This document shows positions 30,718 to 41,711 of a DNA stretch of 64,000 nt, piece by piece. The notes under the pieces are model-generated. The model did no database searches and was not told the DNA's origin. It saw only the letters and a list, made by a program, of their open reading frames with translations. Position 1 is the stretch's first letter. Every line of letters starts with the position of its first letter. The position numbers were made by a program, and so were the translations under genes. Source of the stretch: Chrysochromulina tobinii (taxonomy: Eukaryota); the NCBI GenBank assembly GCA_001275005.1, contig JWZX01002949.1, forward strand, positions 1-64,000, read 5' to 3'.

Positions 30718-33700
30718 ATGGAGACGAAGGTCGTATCGGAGCCCAGAGGAGCGGAGGTTGAGAGCGAGCCAGGCGCAGAGTTTCAACCACTCCTGTGGGA
30801 TGTTGATGTCGGTCGTCGCCTTTGTACGGGGACCGTGGTTGCATATCTGAGCCTTTTTGCACTCGTCACTTCCTCGCTGCACACCTGCGGCAACCCTGAC
30901 TCGACTCAGAAGTCAAGCTGCTTTGGTGCTGCTGCGATGATGCTGACGGCGTTCGCCATGACCAGGCTGCCATGGCGTCGTGAGAAGAATGCAACCTGGG
31001 CGCGCTCTTGTACGCATGTCACCATCTTTGTCTCTGCTGCTACCAATGTGGCAATCGGTCTGGGCATGTCACCAGTCTGCGTCGACATGATGACAGGGCG
31101 GCAACACTACATGCTGCGATGGGTTGAATGGAGCGTCCTATCGTTCACGATGACCTTTGCGACGGAGTCAGCCGCTGCGGCCAGCAGCAAGACTGCATTG
31201 CGCACGGCATTGACACAAAGTGGGAGCACATTGTGTGGCTTGCTATTGCCTCTTTGCCGCAGCAGGTTCATGTGGATCGCTGTCGCTATCATCTCATTTG
31301 CACTTTACATCTTCATCTTTTGGCGCGTCTACGACCATTGGCTGAACTTCCAGAACGCCAAAGCCTACGAGTCGCGAACTTCTATGCGGCGGCGGTCCAT
31401 GGAGTTGTCTTTTTACCTCATCTCAGCGTGCGCAGCCACCTGGTCAGGCTTCGTGGTGATCTGGTCCGCCGATGCCCTTTTGTACGGCGTGTTTGGCGTG
31501 CCGCGCGGCCCATTCGACTTCTCATTCTACTGGGACCTTTTCATCGATGTCTTAGCCAAGCTGGTGTATGCAGATGCCATCGAGTCGAGCGCACCCCTGC
31601 TCAAGATCCGCTTCTCTTTGGACGCCCTCGAGACCGCCGGTGAGCTGCGCCGCCTCTTCGACAAAGCCAACGCGCCGATCTTCGGCGTCGACGACCAGTG
31701 CCGCGTTGCCGAGTGGAACGAGAAGGCGACGTCGATCACTGGCTACTCGGCACGCGAGACGATCGGGCAGGACCTTGTGGAGCGATTCGTCGCGCCTGAA
31801 ATTCGCGCTTCCGTACGCCGTGTGCTGCAGAAAGCCCTGCGCGGGCATGAGACGTCCAACTTTGAGCTAGTCCTTGTCGACAAGGCTGAGAATCGTGTGA
31901 GGGTGCTGCTCAACGCGACGACACGTCGCAATGTTGATGGCGCCATTGTCGGCGTCGTGGGTATAGGGCAAGACGTCACTGAGATGCGCAAGGTAGAAGA
32001 CAAGGCGCGCCAGTATGCAGGAGCTTATTCGGAGCGGCTGTTGCGGAGCTTTGATCTCTCTCTTGATCTCGTCACGCAGATTGATTTTGCCAAGGAGAAC
32101 GCCCCGTCCATCTATTACGCCTCACCTTCGTTCAGGGCGGTGCTTGGCCACTCACCCCACGACGTGCTCGGCGACTGCGCCCAGCTGGAGATGCTCTTCT
32201 CAACTCAGTCGCTAGAGCTCCTGCGCTTGTTCATTCAGCAGATGCGCTCCGGCAAAGACGGCGTGACAGTCGAATACCCGATGCTCCACATCGACGGCCA
32301 CGAAGTGTGGTTTGAGCACAAGGCCTCACGACACCCAGAAAACCCAGACTGTGTGATCGTGGTTTCACGAGACATCACCGATAGACGAGAAAGGCATCGA
32401 TTAGAAGTGGAGAACGCACGCCTGTCTGCCGCGCGCGAGCGCGACATCGAGGCGATGCATTTCCTCTCGCATGAGCTCAAAAACCGCTTCGTGGCGGTGC
32501 GGAGCTGCCGTCTTCCTCGCACCCCCGCCTTCGCATCGTGCTTCCTCTCCTTTCATAAACCCCTTTTCCAACTCATGCCCGGCCGATATCTCTGACCCAT
32601 ACAATATCTGGCCCATTTCCTGCCCGCGCAGATTCGTGGTCTCACGGAGAGCGCACAACTTTCTGTCGCCGAGTACGCGCCCAACCTGCTCTCTGCGCCT
32701 CACAACGTTCGTGAGGTCTTCTCAGACACGCTCGCTGGTATCGATCGCGGAATCTTCCTTTGCATGAATCAGGGGATCGCTCTGCAGCTCGCGCACGAAA
32801 CTTACCGGCCGCACGCGACCCATGTCGACCTGCGCTCAGCGCTGCAAGCGGCGAGTGGCCGGCGTGCCGAAGTGTCCGTCGATCCAGAGCTGCCTGAGCT
32901 CGTACACCTCGACATGAACCTCGTGATGCATGTGCTCGAAAACTTCATCACGAACGCCGTCAGGTATGGAGCCGTGCAGTCGCGCATCACACTGCATGCC
33001 AAGCGCCAAGCTGGCAGGCTGTGCTGCGAGGTCATCAACATGCCTGGGGTGCGCCACCGGGAGGCTCGCACCCGATACGGCGACACAGAAGCCTCCGCTA
33101 AGATCGAAGCCGAACTTGCCGAAAACAGTAGTAGGCTGCAGCGTGATGCGACGAGCACCGGCAACGGCCTGCGCATCGCGCGCAAGTGCACGCTCCTGCT
33201 CGGCGGCGAGTTGACTCTGCACTTTCTGGCGGACAGAGTCGTTGCGGCGATCACGTTGCCGCTGAACTTAATTGAAACCAACGTCAGGCTGTCGATCCCA
33301 GCCGGGTTGCGAGTAGCATCACTCGACGATGACGATGTCATTCGCCGTCTCGATGTACGCTTATTTGCAAAGCTCGGGATCGACGCCCATGTGCGAGGCG
33401 CCACGCCGGAAGAGATCCTAGGATTCCCCGCCTTCGTTGCCAGCCTAGACCCACAACCTCACCTCGTGCTCCTTGACCAAATGCTCGACCATCCTCTCAC
33501 GGGCGACCCTCTTGCCAGAGGCACGGATCTTGTGGCGCCTCTGCGCGCCGCCGGCTTCACCGGAAGGATCGCCATCAAATCTGCCAATCAGTCCTCCGCA
33601 GAGCGGGCCGAGTACCTCGAGAGCGGTGCTGACGGCTCACTTGACAAGGCGCTGCAAGGAGAAGCCTTCGCCCGCGAGCTCGCCGCGATTGTGCACAGGA

Positions 33701-36700
33701 CGACGGCGCAACGCGTCGAGCCCATAGCGGTGAATGTGCTCGGCGCTCTGATGACCTCTGATGACCCTCTGATGACCTCTGATGACCCTCTGATGACCTC
33801 TGATGACCTCTGATGACCTCGCTCCATTGGATCTCGCAGGTGAATGTGCTCGGCGCGGTGGACGTGCTCGACGCCAAAGAGCAAGTGAGTCTCTTCCAAA
33901 CGCGAGCTGCATCCCTCGCCCAAGCAGCCAGTGACCGCTACGCAGATGGCAGCCTCGACCGCGCGTGGAACTGCGCGCATAAGCTCAAAGCCCTGGCGAG
34001 CCTCGTAGGCGCCGTGCCCCTTTCCGAAGCGTGTGAAGCCCTTCGGTCACTCAAGGGGGCCGCTGCGTGGAGCCAAGGACTCAAGAATCTCCATGAGGAG
34101 ACTCAGCGAGCGCTGATGGGCCTTGCCGCCCTGGGCTTTCTGGAGGACAGCCCTTTGGCGCCTCTTTGGTGTCCTCACGACTCCCAGTGGCCACTGTCGA
34201 AGGAGCAACTGACGTCTCTCTTGACAGAGGCTGCTGCGATGCTAGAGGCGCTGCGGCCGTCTCTCTCGTGTCTCTCTTCGGACTTGCCTCTCGACGCGGA
34301 CGCCCTCATCAACGTGAGGCACCGCCTGCACAAGCTAGCGGGGGCGTGCGAGACGCTTGGCGCCCAGCGCCTTGGGCAGCGTGCCCGCAAGTACGCGGCC
34401 CAAGAAGTGCTCGGTAAGTCGGAGTATGATGATTTGGAAGCGGTGCTCAGAGCCACTTTTGGAGCACTGGAAGCTTCCAGCTCACGCGCCGCAACCAGCT
34501 GCAACGAGACGACGATCGAGACGACGATCGTTCACGAAGCGCAGCCGACGCTCTCGAAACCGAGAACACTGGATGGTTTCTCCGCGCCTGAGACTTCTAG
34601 TACTGGCAAAGAAGTCGAGGACGAATCGGCTGTGAAGACCCAACGTTGCACTCGTCATGAGCCTTTTGTATGCGTGGGCATCGATGATGATCCTGTGTGC
34701 CGGGTATTGATTCAGATGGTCCTCCAGGAGCTGAGCCCCGACGTGAGTGTCACGCTGGGCGCGACGCGTAGAGAGCTGCTGTGCGTGGTCGACATGGCGC
34801 TCGGTCGCTGCAGTGTGCACATGCGGCCCATTCCATCGAGCCAGCAGCGCGCCGTCGATCTGATGATCATAGACCAGCATCTGCTCAGTGACGATGGCCA
34901 CGTGATTTTGGGGACTGAGCTGGCTGCCGATCTGCGGGCGCAGGGCTTTGAAGGGATCATATGCATCCTGAGTAGCGCCAGCCGCGCAGAGCTCGAAATT
35001 CTCGAGGCCCATCCCGCCGTGGACCTGGCACGAGGCAAAGGCCAGGTCACCAGCGAGCTGACCACGGAGCTCAAACGGCACCTCGCGGCGCGGAAGAAGG
35101 GTCAGCAGTTCAGCAGCGACGGCAGAGGGAACGGTGGCATCGCGAGAGGCAGTTGCGGTGTCGGTGCGAACAGTGCCAGTGGATGCGGAAGGGGCGATTG
35201 CAGCAGCAGTGGTGGCATCGGCGGTGGCGGCATTGGGGTTGGGGGCAGCAGTGGGGGATGCAGTGGGGATATTGTTGGTGGCAGCGGCGGCAGCGGTGGT
35301 TGTGGACATGATCTCCACGTCAGGGCCGATAAGCTGACACACGAAGACTGCTATGCAGCGCCGTTGCAGCACCTCTTGTCTGACAGCGACTACCTCGCCA
35401 GCTCAGCTAAACGAGAACTCGACGGCAAGCGCGACGACGAGATTGTCGAGGATGAGCTCTCCATCCCTGTGAATGTGAATGTGAATGTGAATGAGCTCTC
35501 CATCCCTGTGAAACTCATGCATCAGCTGCTGGACTCATTGCAAGAAAGTCTATTGGGCTTTGATGCTCACGGCCTGTCTTGGGCTCACGGCGCAGAGCAC
35601 ATTCACAGACTTTCAGGGGCAGCCGCAGTGCTGGGTCATTACGAGCTCGTGCACGCCGCACGTCAGCTGGAAGCTGTGCCGACAAGAGAGAGCTTACAGG
35701 CCGTGCACAATGCCCTTGATAGTCTTCGGCTTGCCTCTCGCGTCGACCAGGCGCTGCCATTCGTTCCCACAAGCGCCAACACGTGTGTCAGCTGCCACGA
35801 GCCTCTGCTCTGTGATGGACGCTCGTGGCGTCTACAACTCTCATGCTCTCACTGCTGCCACTTCGTGTGCATGCTGAAGAGTGTAGAGCTTGGTCACCAC
35901 GCGTGTCCTCTGTGCACCATGCCTCTCGGGTCTTTGCACCGTGTGCATTCAGACGAGGCCTTAGAGGAGCTCGTGCCCGCACAGCTGCGGTGCGTGGGTC
36001 TCTCTGCCGATCCGTTGTGGCGCAGCTTGCACGGTCACACGTTTGCGCTGCTGGATGTGGACGCGATATGCCTGGGCGAAACTGAAGAGGAAACGGAGTC
36101 GTTCGTTGAAGTCGCAGCTGGGCTTGGAAAATCAACGCCGTGGCGGCCAGCGGATGCGGTCTTGCTTGACTCACACGTGGGCACGGACAGCGCGGCCGAG
36201 CTTGCAGTGAAGCTACGAGCGGCCCACTTTCAAGGCGTTATCTGCGTGCTGACGGCGCTGCCGCGCGAGGCGTGTCATGCACTCGAAGCAAGCGTCCCCG
36301 AAATCGACCTCGTGCTTCGCAAGGGGATCCCGCCGAGACTCCTCGGAGCTCGCCTGCGGCTCTGCTTAGCGGCCAAGCGCCAAGCAAGAGCCGCCGAAAG
36401 CAAAAGAGGCCCGAGCGCTCCAAGTGAGTCATCAGACCACGTCCAGGAGGCGCGTGCCACAAGTGCTCTGGCTGAGCCTGCAGCGAAAGCAATAGATGTC
36501 GAGTACCGCAATGACGTCGAGATGACCTCTGATGTCGCTCTTGCCACACCTTTGATTCTTGGAAGGGGTGACCAATCATCTGCGACTGTTGTTGAAGCGA
36601 TTCACTTGCATCCGCGCGATGAATTGCTTCCAAAGCCCTCAGAGGCTTCAGTGCCGATGCGTCTGCAGGAGATCTTCAAGGTAACGGTGGAAGCGCTCGA

Positions 36701-38096
36701 CATCAATACTGGCAAGACCTGGGAAACGGTGCGCTCGACGCTGCTTCCAGCACTCGAAGAGGCGCTTCTAGCCGAGCACCATTCACGCTACGAGAAGGGG
36801 GTGCACAAGCTCTACACTCTCGTGCAGGTGCACGGCCAGCTGGAGCCTAAGCGCTCCTACTCTATGGCTAGGTCCTACGTGGACGAGATGGGGTTGGAAA
36901 TCCCCGAAGGTCTTCGCAACAGCGTGCGCCGGCACGTTGAGACTCGCGTACTCGCCTTTGGTGCGGTTCTGCGAGTGGTGACGGGTGGGTTCTTGCTGTC
37001 CTCTCAGAAACTACCAGAGCTTCTGGATGAGTTCCGATGGGAGCGTGGTACCGAGCGCGAGAGCATGCACACCCTTCTCGCCGAGCTCTTGAACGCCGTC
37101 ACCACCTTTCGGGTTGACGAGACACACGTGTTGGTGTCTACCGAGGACCTCCGGGGAGGGTTAGAGCGGGCCCGTGAGCACTTGTGCCGGGCTTCGCGAA
37201 GCATACTCACAGCTCACGGTCAGGCGCTGCCCACTGAGATCACGAAACGTGTGAAGGAGGGAATCGAGAGTGTCTGTGCGGCCAGCCTTGCTCGAAGCCT
37301 TGCGCCAGAAAGGACGAGTCCAGAGGCGAGTGGTGGGGCTCAACATATCAGCGCCGATGCTGCCAGGAATCCTTTGTCCAAAGCGGCAGCAAAGGTTGTC
37401 GCACGAAGACCAATTAGCCCACCAGCCAGCGACGCGCAAGGGGGGCGCTGTGCATCTGGCTCAAGCGAGATGGCGGATGCGGACGGGAGAATGCTGTGGA
37501 GCGCGTGCCAGCACGGCAAAGTCGCGTTCATCCGGCAGCTTATGAATAGTGGCGTTGAGATTAACACGCCTGTAGAGCACAGCAGGGAGTCGGCACTTCA
37601 CATTGCCGTGCAATACGGGCAGCTGAAGGTCGTGCAGTGCCTTCTCAACCATCCAGCCATCGACCCGAATGCAATCGCACCCTACGCTGGCACCCCATTG
37701 CACCTTGCCGCGCATAAGGGAGACAAGAAGATGGTTGCGCTGCTGCTCACGCATAAGGCTGTCGACCCTAACATAGTGAACGAAGAGCTGGCGCGCATGA
37801 CGCCATTGATGTTTGCTGTGCAGCAAGGTAATATGGGAGTGCTCAAGTTGCTGCTCAGGCACAAGGCCATACAAGTGAACATGCTGTCGAGCATTGGCTT
37901 CAGTGCACTGCATATGGCCGCATACAGTGCGCCTCTCGACGTTTTACAGTGCTTGCTACAGCACCCGGAAATTCTAGTGGACCTGCCAGCACACAATGGC
38001 ACTCGACCACTGCAAGTTGCAATGTCTGAGGGCAGAGAAGATGCCATCCAGCTATTACTCGAAGCTGGTGCGGCACCGTGTTGCATCGTGGACTAG
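30718..38096 (+). CDS. Rhodopsin-PAS-PAS-histidine kinase-REC-Hpt-Hpt-REC-Hpt-RING-REC-ankyrin fusion (about 2377 aa); join(30718..32496,32632..33729,33840..38096)
   Basis: Rhodopsin helices: C RWVEW (31117..31131), E RFMWIAVAIIS, F WSGFVVIW (31441..31464), G DVLAK (Lys 31558..31560). Two PAS domains end in GQDVTE and SRDITD. Phase-0 intron 32497..32631 rebuilds the H-box FLSHELKNRFVA|IRG. N-box ENFITNAVRYG and G2 STGNGL follow. Phase-0 intron 33730..33839 joins exon 3. Three REC domains, three Hpt motifs, a RING-H2 (35784..35915) and about six ankyrin repeats. Confidence 0.85.
33746..33820 (+). repeat. Intronic (CTCTGATGAC)-type 10/11-mer tandem repeat
   Basis: About seven copies of tctgatgacc(c) inside intron 33730..33839. 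Confidence 0.9.
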
Positions 38097-38441
38097 TCTT
38101 GCATGTGCAGTGCGGACACCGAATGGACTTATTAACACTACCTCACCCGTTGCTCTCATACCACGGTCCACGCATTCACGCGGGTTCTATACACTTTGTG
38201 TTTGGGGACCGTGTCGGTCCATGCGTGGGTGCATCCTAGCTATGGGCTATGGGGGTTTGCGCGGTTACAGTATACAGATTACTGTGTACTGAGTGAGTAT
38301 AATACCGTCTGTACAGGAATCAACAGGAACGACCGGTTTCGCTTAAAACCGACACACCGCGGCTACAGTTGTGGTGACTAGTGTAGTCGGGCCCGACCTA
38401 TTCACTTCGAACGGCGACCGGCACGCGTGAAGAGCTGCTGC

Positions 38442-40898
38442 TTACAAACTGGCACGGCGTGGCCGCGGGAGCGGGAGCGGCATCGACCCCGCATCGGCGG
38501 TCCACGGAGGCGGCGCTTGCAAGTCCTCGAAGTCGGGGAGCATCGGCGTACGCTCGAGCATCTCGAGGCGATTACGCCCGTGCATCTCGCGTGCAGTGTG
38601 GGCAGTGGAGCATGGTGTCTCAGCCGTCCTTAAACTGACCAGCCCGCGTGCGCTCAAGCTCCCTTCATGAGATCGGGTCGCGCGCGAGTCGCCCTGTGGA
38701 GGTCTGGGCGCAAGGCTCGCGGATTGGGGGGGCGCAGTCGGCTGCAGCACGGGGGTGATCGGAATGGGCTTGGGGGGTGGGATGGGCTTGGGGGGTGGGA
38801 TGGGCGGCGGATTGGCCGTTCGCGGCGAGACCCAGCCGCGGGGTGGCTGCTGGTCAACGCTCACAAGGCCTTTGTGCAGCCGCGGCTGCACGCCATATCC
38901 CACTGCCAGATTGATCGGCGGCATCTCGACGCGCAACACGAGCAGGTCCTGCCTCCCCTCCGATGCGAGCACCCACCGCTTGTGGAGAGGGTGCCAGGCG
39001 AGATGCTGCTGAGACGGATCCGCCGCGTCGCGCAGCCCGCTCAGCGCGCGCGTCAGGTGGGATCGCAGCTGGCTGAGCGAGTCGAGAGCCGCTAGCACCA
39101 GCACATGTCGCTCGCGCTTCGCTTCCGCCCTGACCTCCTTCACACGCACTTCGAGCCCTCCTTCAGCTTGTTCGAGCCGCTGTCGCACTTCGAGCACCGC
39201 ACTCGCGGCCCTGGCCAGCTCGTCTTGCATCTGGACGTACGATGCCTCGACGCTCATGTGCTTCCGCACGAGCGCCTCGACGTACTGGAGCAGCGGCGGC
39301 CGGCCGTCGGCGTCCAGGATCGGTTTGGGTGCGTCCTCGCCGGCTTTCGCGGGTGCGGGCGGGTGTGGTCGGATCTGTGTCTCGGCGATCCGGGCCTTGC
39401 ACCGCGCAATCTCGGCTTCGAGGCGTAGCTTCTCGTCACGCAAGAAGACCACCGCCTTGTCAGCGGACCCGCCCAGCATGTCCTGCTCCTTGCGATGCGC
39501 TTGGAGCTGGGCGGTGAGCACCGCACATTCGGCCTTGAGACGCTCACACTCAGCGACGAGCTGCTGCAGCGACTGCGCGAACGTCTGCTTCTGTGTGCGC
39601 TCGATCTTCAGATGATCCAATGCCGTCTCGAGCTTGGTCTTCGCCGTCGTCGTCTCGCGCACCAGGTGCTCCACGCGCTGCTGGACGCTCGCATTCTCAT
39701 CCTTGACGAGGTGCAACTCCACGTAAGCCTCGTCAAGCATCCGCATCGCGCTCTGCAGCTCCTCGACGGCCGCGAAGCCGCCCGCACCTGCTGGCTTCAC
39801 GGCCGCCAGCTCCGCGCGCACCTTGTCGAGCTCCGCCTCGCGTACCATGAGCTTCTCGAGGACGGATGCGAGCTCAACCTCGAGCGTTGCACTCGCATCG
39901 GTCGCGCGCGCGGCCTCGAGCTGCGCAAGCAGCGTGCCCACCTGGTGCTCCAGCGCTGCCTTCTCCTTGCCCGTCTTGGAAAGGGCCGCCTGCAGCATCT
40001 GCGCCTTTTCGTGCGCAGCCTCGGCCGATGAGTTGCGCTCGCGCATCTCGGCAATCTCCGCCTTGAGATCGCCGATCTTGGCTGACATAGCATCGTGCTG
40101 CTCCATCGCCTGTTCAAGCGTTGCGAGGTTGGCATGCAATCGCTCGCGCTCTTCGGCCGCGCCTTCGAGCTCTCTCCGCGCCGCCGCCAGCTGCCCTGCC
40201 AGCGCATCCGTCCGCTCGAGTCGCTTCTCCACCTGCTGATGCAAAGGCTCGTCGGCGTCCAAGGGAACGTCGAGGAGGGCGAGGCACTTGCGGATCTCGA
40301 GCACGTGCGCTGATGCAGCCTCGCGCTCCGTCGCAGCCTCCTCCTCAAGCGTGACCATGCGCGCCTGCTCCGTCTGCAGCATGTTCTTGAACATCAGGAG
40401 CTGACCTTGATCGCCCTGGCGCTTGAGCTTCTCCTCGTTGAGCTCCTCCTTTAGACCCTCGATCGTCTTGAGCGCTTTATAGAGCTCGGCGCCGCCTGCA
40501 CCAAGCAACTCCTGCACCCTCTCATCGAGTTTCCGATTGAATGTCGCTTCCATCTCGGCTGCCTGGTTACCCGCCTGCACGCTGTTCGCCTTGCGCATCG
40601 TGGCCATCTTCATTTCAGAGACGACCGATTGGGCCTTGAGGCTATCTTTCGCCGTCAGCTTATGCTGCTCCGAGAGCTTCTCGGCGACCTCAACGCTTGA
40701 GCGGCTCAGCACGTCGAAAACATCCTCCACGACAAACAAGACCCTTTGGCCTACACCTGGTGCGTTGGATTGCGCCTCCTCAACAAGTTTGGCCTTCGCC
40801 TGCACGAGCAGCGCTAAGAGGCTGCGACAACTCTGTGCGAGACTTTCCGCGTACTCCTTGGGCGCGTCCACTTTGCGCATCCCTGGGGGGCTTGCCAT
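38442..40898 (-). CDS. Long coiled-coil protein with Pro-rich tail
   Basis: About 820-codon ORF from ATG 40898, E/K/A/L-rich heptads; no specific family recognised. Confidence 0.7.
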   Translation of the reverse strand: MASPPGMRKVDAPKEYAESLAQSCRSLLALLVQAKAKLVEEAQSNAPGVGQRVLFVVEDVFDVLSRSSVEVAEKLSEQHKLTAKDSLKAQSVVSEMKMATMRKANSVQAGNQAAEMEATFNRKLDERVQELLGAGGAELYKALKTIEGLKEELNEEKLKRQGDQGQLLMFKNMLQTEQARMVTLEEEAATEREAASAHVLEIRKCLALLDVPLDADEPLHQQVEKRLERTDALAGQLAAARRELEGAAEERERLHANLATLEQAMEQHDAMSAKIGDLKAEIAEMRERNSSAEAAHEKAQMLQAALSKTGKEKAALEHQVGTLLAQLEAARATDASATLEVELASVLEKLMVREAELDKVRAELAAVKPAGAGGFAAVEELQSAMRMLDEAYVELHLVKDENASVQQRVEHLVRETTTAKTKLETALDHLKIERTQKQTFAQSLQQLVAECERLKAECAVLTAQLQAHRKEQDMLGGSADKAVVFLRDEKLRLEAEIARCKARIAETQIRPHPPAPAKAGEDAPKPILDADGRPPLLQYVEALVRKHMSVEASYVQMQDELARAASAVLEVRQRLEQAEGGLEVRVKEVRAEAKRERHVLVLAALDSLSQLRSHLTRALSGLRDAADPSQQHLAWHPLHKRWVLASEGRQDLLVLRVEMPPINLAVGYGVQPRLHKGLVSVDQQPPRGWVSPRTANPPPIPPPKPIPPPKPIPITPVLQPTAPPQSASLAPRPPQGDSRATRSHEGSLSARGLVSLRTAETPCSTAHTAREMHGRNRLEMLERTPMLPDFEDLQAPPPWTADAGSMPLPLPRPRRASL

Positions 40899-41711
40899 CG
40901 CCCGGATGCTTGCGTCGCGGACGCGAAGCTCCCGCCCGCCCGCCCGCCCGCGTCGCGGAACTCTGTCGAAGCAACGACAAAACACATAAAAGGAACCTGG
41001 GCCTGGTGCGGAATTCATTCTCTACGATTTTCGTGAAGGTGCCGAAAAGTGACGTGGTTCGCGCCTCGAGGGCACCGGCCACCTCCGCATTTCGCGCCGC
41101 GGCACCTCGGTGCGGGGTGCGGGGTGCGCAGCGCGGCGTCCTCGGCCTAGCTCGCGCTCGTGGCGGTGTCACGTGCCCACTGCATCGTGCTGGCCTCACA
41201 TCCGCGCCCGAGGCCCTTGGCCCGAGTGAACCATCGTCGTAGGCTCTCGTCCCAAGGGCCAAGAGCCGCCCAGACGTCTCGCTAGCCTGTTCTCGAGGCT
41301 CAGTCGCTCGCGCATGTCATTGTGGCGGAAGGGTCAAGGCCCGGATCGAGCGGCGGCGCACGCGCACAGCCTCTCGACCGGGCATGCCTCGACCGCGGCG
41401 CTCCGCCTCCGGCCGGATCGCCTCGACAGCGTCCAGCGCGCGCGCAGACCAGATCCGTCTTTCCGTGTCCGGCGCGCCGCCGTCAGCTGCGCAGGCACAC
41501 ACCGTGCGGGCCACCTTTTATAGGGGCTCGCTCGACCGATTGCTAATTGACAGTCACGGAATACCTACACAGTAACGTGTACAGCATGCCAACCACACGG
41601 TTCGTGCAGCAAACACGCGCACAGCTGCAAGCCAGGGCGTGGGTATCCATGTGGTGGGGGATCGAGCATCGAGGACTCTCGAACTCTCGTGGCTCAGTTT
41701 GACGTTGTGAC

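Noticed and set aside
33746..33839. LMTSDDP peptide repeat and overlapping stop/start (TGATG) suggesting translational coupling of two genes
   Set aside because: Lies within a GT-AG intron whose removal restores the frame, so it is not coding.
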